From Eledone cirrhosa (Eukaryota): 64,000 nt of DNA. Positions 58,643 to 64,000 of this stretch are shown here, piece after piece; position 1 is the stretch's first letter; the number at the start of each line of letters is the position of its first letter. The position numbers were made by a program, and so were the translations under genes. The notes beneath the pieces are model-generated. The model was not told where the DNA came from and made no database searches. It saw only the letters and a program-made list of their open reading frames with translations. Location of the stretch: assembly GCA_964016885.1 (NCBI GenBank), contig OZ024740.1, positions 254,262,001 through 254,326,000 on the forward strand. The letters run 5' to 3'.

Positions 58643-61565
58643 CTTCTAACATCCGCCTAATTCCATAGTCCTTCCAATAGCATTTTTTCTATCCTCTTTC
58701 CAATTCTTGTCTCACTTGTCATCCATCCATCCATCCTATTTCCCCATGTATTTTCCAAAACAAATCTCTTGTATTTCTGTCATGCTTGTAAAAATACGGA
58801 AGTTTTTGGCGTATTTTACTAAACAAATCTTGTATTTTTGTTTACGTTCGTTAAATACGGGGATCTCACCTAAACCTATCCTTCTCGCTAACAACTCAAC
58901 ACCCCTCCCTCCCGCCCCCACACACCACCATTATTGTTACGTGGACCAATCATAAGCCAGAGGCCTATACTATCGCTTACCTGGTCGCCTTCGATATGTA
59001 AGATGGAAGGACTACGGAGTTCCGGAGAGTTGAAGAGAAAAATCTGGACGCTCAGCGACAATGCCAAAGTTAAAGACAATCACACCTCGTGGACGAGAAT
59101 GCGAGCATGCTTCTTTGTTTCGGCCGCGGATGGCTAACATAACCCCATCTCCCCCCGCTCCCCACCTTTCCAACCCCGCAAACGCAATCCAAAACTTCAG
59201 ATTTGGTACCTTGAATGTAGGCACCTTAACCCTTTAGCATTCACATTGAATTGTCAAATGTCATGTTCATCTATTCGCATTATTTTCACTTAATTATACT
59301 CAAGAGGGTTATCAATTTTATTTGTTTGTAATTACTTTAATTTTCTATGTGCAGACTTGAAATTTTGTCAGTAGATGTTTAAATAACTATAATTTACAAT
59401 TATATATTTTTACCTGATTTTTTTTGTTAAATTTGACTTTTATGGGCAGGTGAAATTAATTAACAGGTGTAAAAGTAATAACTTTATGGATCCAATAATG
59501 ACCTAGATGCTGATTTCCATCAATTCTAGCAGTTTTCTGAACAGGTGAATTAATTAAAAATGCAGGTGTAATCAGTACACGGTTTTAGTCTTTCTCTACA
59601 TTCCAGGCAAATATTTTCATTGAAAAAAATGTATAAAACCTTTTCACCGGTCAAAATAATATTGGCAATGTACTCTGTAAATGTACGGTGTAAAATTACG
59701 TAATAGAAAGTTCCCAATATATAAGTTTATACACACTTTTAAATTTTTCTGACAATATTTCAATTAATGGTCGTACTTTGTACAGTGGGTCGTAATTTGA
59801 TTCATTTCTACCAGGGGCATTTGAAGTATCAACCAGATGCAAATACTGGTTTAATTTAATGAATCTCGTTTTTGCCATAATACTAGATATATAAGGGTCA
59901 CCAAACCTTATATCAGTACTCCAATAATTCCACAGTCGTGGAAATTGTTTAATACCAAACATAATATTTATGGTAAAAAACGCTTTCATTTCGGCAGAAT
60001 CTGTCGGACAACATAACAGATCGGGTTTTCCGATATTAGAAATTTGTTGTTGTGCATAGCGATTTGCCACAACTTCGAAGAAAGATTGTGGTAAAAATAA
60101 AAAATAATAATCCAGTGCTTTAGCATCGGGTGGTAATGTGTGTTGTGGTCCAATATTTTCAGTAAAATCCGAAACATGTATCGATGTTGTTTCTTTCAAC
60201 CACGTTGCTATTTTTTCAATGGTGTCAGTCAAATCTTCTCTTTCACTTTCAAAGTAACTATCATCATTATCAGATATATCAGAAATAAATATATCTGATT
60301 CGTTTGAAGATAAATCACTGATATTATCTTCTGTTTCTTTTTGATCTCGAATGTCGTCGGACGTAAAACCTTCAAATTCGTTGTCGCTACTTTCGGAAGC
60401 CATGTTACACTTTCAACGTTAAAAACACGTGTTATCGCAAGTTCTTTAACTATACTAAGAGTTAATTTTCGCGCGTAAGGGCTTTATCTCGCAGTAATCT
60501 CGAATTGACGAGATTTCGATGATGTCAATGTTTATATTTAGAACGAAATCTCCGTGTGGTATTAAATGTCGGTTTTGTCGGTTTGAATAAATGAAAGGGG
60601 ACATAATCTTGTCGGTTTTTGTCGCTTTGAATGCTAAAGGGTTAAAGGGTCGCTCTAACGAGGTTGTAGAAATGCTTGAGCGTCAGGAGGTCGATGTTTG
60701 TTGTATTCAAGAGACTAGGTGGAGGGGTGGACCTGCTAGATTCATTGTGGGTAGAAAACGATGCTATAAGCTTTTCTGGGTGGGAAACAACAATGGGCTG
60801 GGTGGAGTAGGAATCATGGTAGCAGAAAAGTGGGCAGATAAGATAATAGACGTAAATAGAATGAACGACAGAATAATTAAAATAAGACTTGTCCTCAATA
60901 GAACTACGGTGACAGTAATATCTGCGTACGCACCCCAATCCGGACTGCCCAGCACTATAAAAGACAGATTCTATGAGACACTGATGCTCACTACCTCCCA
61001 AATAACCGACAGTGACTATATAATTATTGCAGGTGACCTAAACGGTCACGTTGGACAACATTGTGACGGCTACGACGAAATCCATGGAGGCTATGGGTTT
61101 GGTACTAGAAATGAGGAAGGCTCCAGAATCCTGGAATTCTGCGACGCAAATAACCTAACTATCTGCAACACTAACTTCAAAAAACGAGACAATCACTTGA
61201 TCACCTACAGATCAGGGGAACATACCAGCCAGGTAGATTATATCCTTACCAGAAGACGTGACAAAGTGACTGTCGTAAACACTAAATCCCTCCCCCATGA
61301 AGAATGCACCTCCCAACATAGCCTGATAATTAGCAACCTAATAGTCAGGACGAGACGTACTAAACAGAAGAGGACTATCCTCAGGAGAAAAATATGGAAG
61401 CTAAAGGACCCCACAGCCAAAAATAAATTCCAAAGCATATTACTTGATGCTTTCGACAGTAAGGAAGAGCAATTAGAGACGTACAAGGTAGAGGAACAGT
61501 GGGAATTCCTGAAAGCAAACCTGCTGACGGCGGCAGACGAAGTCTGTGGCTGGAGCAGGCCTGTA
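58639..61565 (+). mobile_element. RTE family B 5' half, split by piggyBac and 3'-truncated
   Basis: Removing 59230-60645 restores GTLNVGTLKGRSNEVV; EN coding continues to ~61565. Confidence 0.92.
59230..60641 (-). mobile_element. Non-autonomous piggyBac deletion derivative
   Basis: TTAA 59226-59229 and 60642-60645; TIR CCCTTTAGCATTCA; 235-aa truncated ORF with the same deletion junction as 4840-6222. Confidence 0.96.
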
Positions 61566-61988
61566 AAATTAGTATATCTCACATCAAAAATTTTGCATGT
61601 CTGACTACACGTGTGTAGGCAGGCCAAAACTAGCTTTTATTTCTATTCCATTTCGATTCTCTTTATTTTTCAATTCACATTCCACCGTTGCGAAACTTAT
61701 TTAGGTTTCGAGGTTCAAATTCGTCTACAGAACAGGTTTGAATTTTGAAATTTAAATCTGTCCAGGAATCATGGCTGTTGCCAATATAAGCTTGTCTTTA
61801 TTGACGTATATCGAGACAGACAAATTGTATTCACTTTAATTAGTTTATTTCATTAATAGCTAACTTTGTCTGTTGCAATATAAGCACATTTCGTGTTTAT
61901 CATATATTTTAAATGTATTTAACTGCTCGGAAGAGCCCCTTCCTGGAGCTTAATTATTGTAAACGACAGAGTTTATTCTCAAAATATA

Positions 61989-62068
<80 letters not shown>

Positions 62069-62074
<6 letters not shown>

Positions 62075-63296
62075 ATAAATTCCAAACCTGGAAGCAGGGA
62101 CTAGAGAGAAAGGGCCTCAAAGTCAACATGACAAAGACTAAGGTCCTTATAAGTAGACGAGAAAACAGAACCCAGATCCCCTCAGGGAAATGGCCTTGCT
62201 CAGTATGTAGGAAAGGTGTAGGTAGGAACTCCATTCTCTGCCCCAAATGCAAACAATGGGTACACAAGAGATGTAGCGGGATCTCAGGAAGCTTAATTAA
62301 GAATGTAGGATTCACATGCAGCAGCTGTGCTGAAACAGCAAGCAAACAGCCACAGGAAACAAGTACCACCAATCTCTGGGAGGGCCCTGTAGAAACAGTA
62401 GACAGCTTCTGCTACCTGGGTGACCGAATTAGCAACGGAGGTGGGTGCTCAGAAAGTACAATAACTAGGGTAAGAACGGGATGGAAGAAGTTTAGGGAAC
62501 TACTACCACTGCTAGCTGCAAAAGGCTTCTCCCTCAGAATGAAAGGCAGACTGTATGATGCGTGTATCCGAACAGCGATGTTGCATGGTAGTGAGACCTG
62601 GGCGCTGAAGGTGGAAGACTTACGTAGATTAGAGAGAAACGAAGCCTGCATGCTCCGATGGATGTGTAACAGTAATATACGTGAACGACAAAGCATAAAT
62701 GAATTGAGAGAGAGACTGAGCATAAGAGGAATCAAATGCTGCGTGCAGGAGAGGCGGTTACGCTGGTATGGACATGTGATGCGTATGAAGGATGACAGCT
62801 GCATAAAAAGGTGCAGAGCACTAGAAGTTGATGGAAACCGCGGAGTGGGGAGACCCAAGATGACTTGGGATGAGGTGATAAAAGCCGACCTTACCCAACT
62901 ACACCTCTCAAAGTCAATGACACACGACCGTGACTTCTGGCGTCACGCAGTAATACAGGGTACCCGACCTCCCATGGGTACATGCTGAAGCATATAAACA
63001 ATATGCCCCCCCCCCACCCCACCCCACCGCAAGGTGGTCGTGGAGGTGCCACGGCAAAAAAGCACCCAGCCCACACTGTAAAGTGGACGTGTAGGCGCCA
63101 CGAAAAAGCACCCAGCACTCACTGTAAATGAGGTTGGTGTTAGGAAGGGCATCCAGCTGTAGAAATCAAGCCAGATCAGTTCCTGTATGAGCAAGGCATG
63201 GTCAGCCGACCAGACACTGCCCACAACAGGACAACCCGTCTAACCCATGCTAGCGTGGAAGAACGGACGTAAAACGGTGATGATGATGATGATGAT
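62069..63296 (+). mobile_element. 5'-truncated RTE family A copy
   Basis: Near-identical to 56141-57371. Confidence 0.97.
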
Positions 63297-63315
63297 ATAT
63301 ATATATATATACATA

Positions 63316-63359
<44 letters not shown>

Positions 63360-63413
63360 TATCTGTATATATATATATATATACATATCTGTATATATAT
63401 ATATATATACATA

Positions 63414-63452
<39 letters not shown>

Positions 63453-63504
63453 CTGTATAGATATATATATACACAGATATGTATATATATATATATATAT
63501 ATAT

Positions 63505-64000
63505 GTGGTGGAACAGCACAGCAGATAAGGCCATTAGAGACAAACGACTAGCATGGAAGGCTTGGAAAAAGGGTGCGAGTAGGGAAGGATATACAGCCGC
63601 TAAGAGAGAAGCTAGACGTCAGGTGTACTTAGCACGCAGGGAGTATGAGTGTGGGATGTTTGCCCATGTTCTGCGATGGGAAGATCAGAGGTGTGCGGTG
63701 TTCCACAATGCAAGGCAGTATGTCAATGCAAATCAGGATATTGTTGGAGATAAATGTGTCCGGAATGATGTCGTCGTACTTAGTGTCACGAATGATCAGT
63801 AAAAGGAGGCCTGGAAATGTCATTCTGAGAGACTGATGAATGTGGAGAACGAATGGGAGAGAGAAATTACCCTCAGTAGATCCGACAGAGGGACTAGCTA
63901 TTGAGATTGATGAATATAGGGTCCAAGAGGCGATTAAGGAAATGAAAAATGGTAAGGCTGCTGGACCATCGGGGATAGTTGCTGAGATGCTGAAGGCATC
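63505..64000 (+). mobile_element. Older RTE fragment, probable continuation of 45522-46307
   Basis: [23 protein letters not shown]...IVAEMLKA; first ~78 bp repeat 46230-46307. Confidence 0.88.

Noticed and set aside
60591-61604. 337-aa ORF as a novel fusion gene
   Set aside because: A chance ATG in the piggyBac end runs in frame into a truncated RTE endonuclease; no evidence of function.

Overview
Eukaryotic (animal) DNA, most likely an octopus/coleoid cephalopod (inferred from the repeat families and the huge (TA)n/(TACA)n arrays). Three small minus-strand exons (13066-12979, 10166-10046, 4804-4716) with GT-AG ends and compatible phases splice into the middle of a C1QBP/p32 (MAM33-family) protein. 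I found no upstream exon, so 13067-64000 appears to be one intron of more than 50 kb. It is filled with transposons: RTE-clade LINEs (one intact 1039-aa EN-RT ORF carrying a PHD-type finger, plus near-identical truncated copies), a CR1/L2-group LINE, a piggyBac (one near-autonomous copy, two deletion derivatives, all with TTAA TSDs), Penelope-like elements and SINE fragments. Highlights: (1) several distinct type-I hammerhead-ribozyme-like folds, two supported by compensatory base changes between copies, one with a ~120-nt stem II; (2) a LINE whose ORF1 combines a Myb/SANT-like domain, polyQ and two CCCH fingers, and whose ATG-less ORF2 overlaps it in the -1 frame across two canonical slippery heptamers; (3) RTE 5' ends built of different tandem monomers ahead of a conserved CCAAT/CACCC module; (4) inverted piggyBac copies hugging both splice sites of one host intron; (5) an apparent 17-kb nested insertion stack. 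All calls were made by eye; no searches or folding programs were run. The long Y/I/H/T-rich ORFs are microsatellite artefacts.
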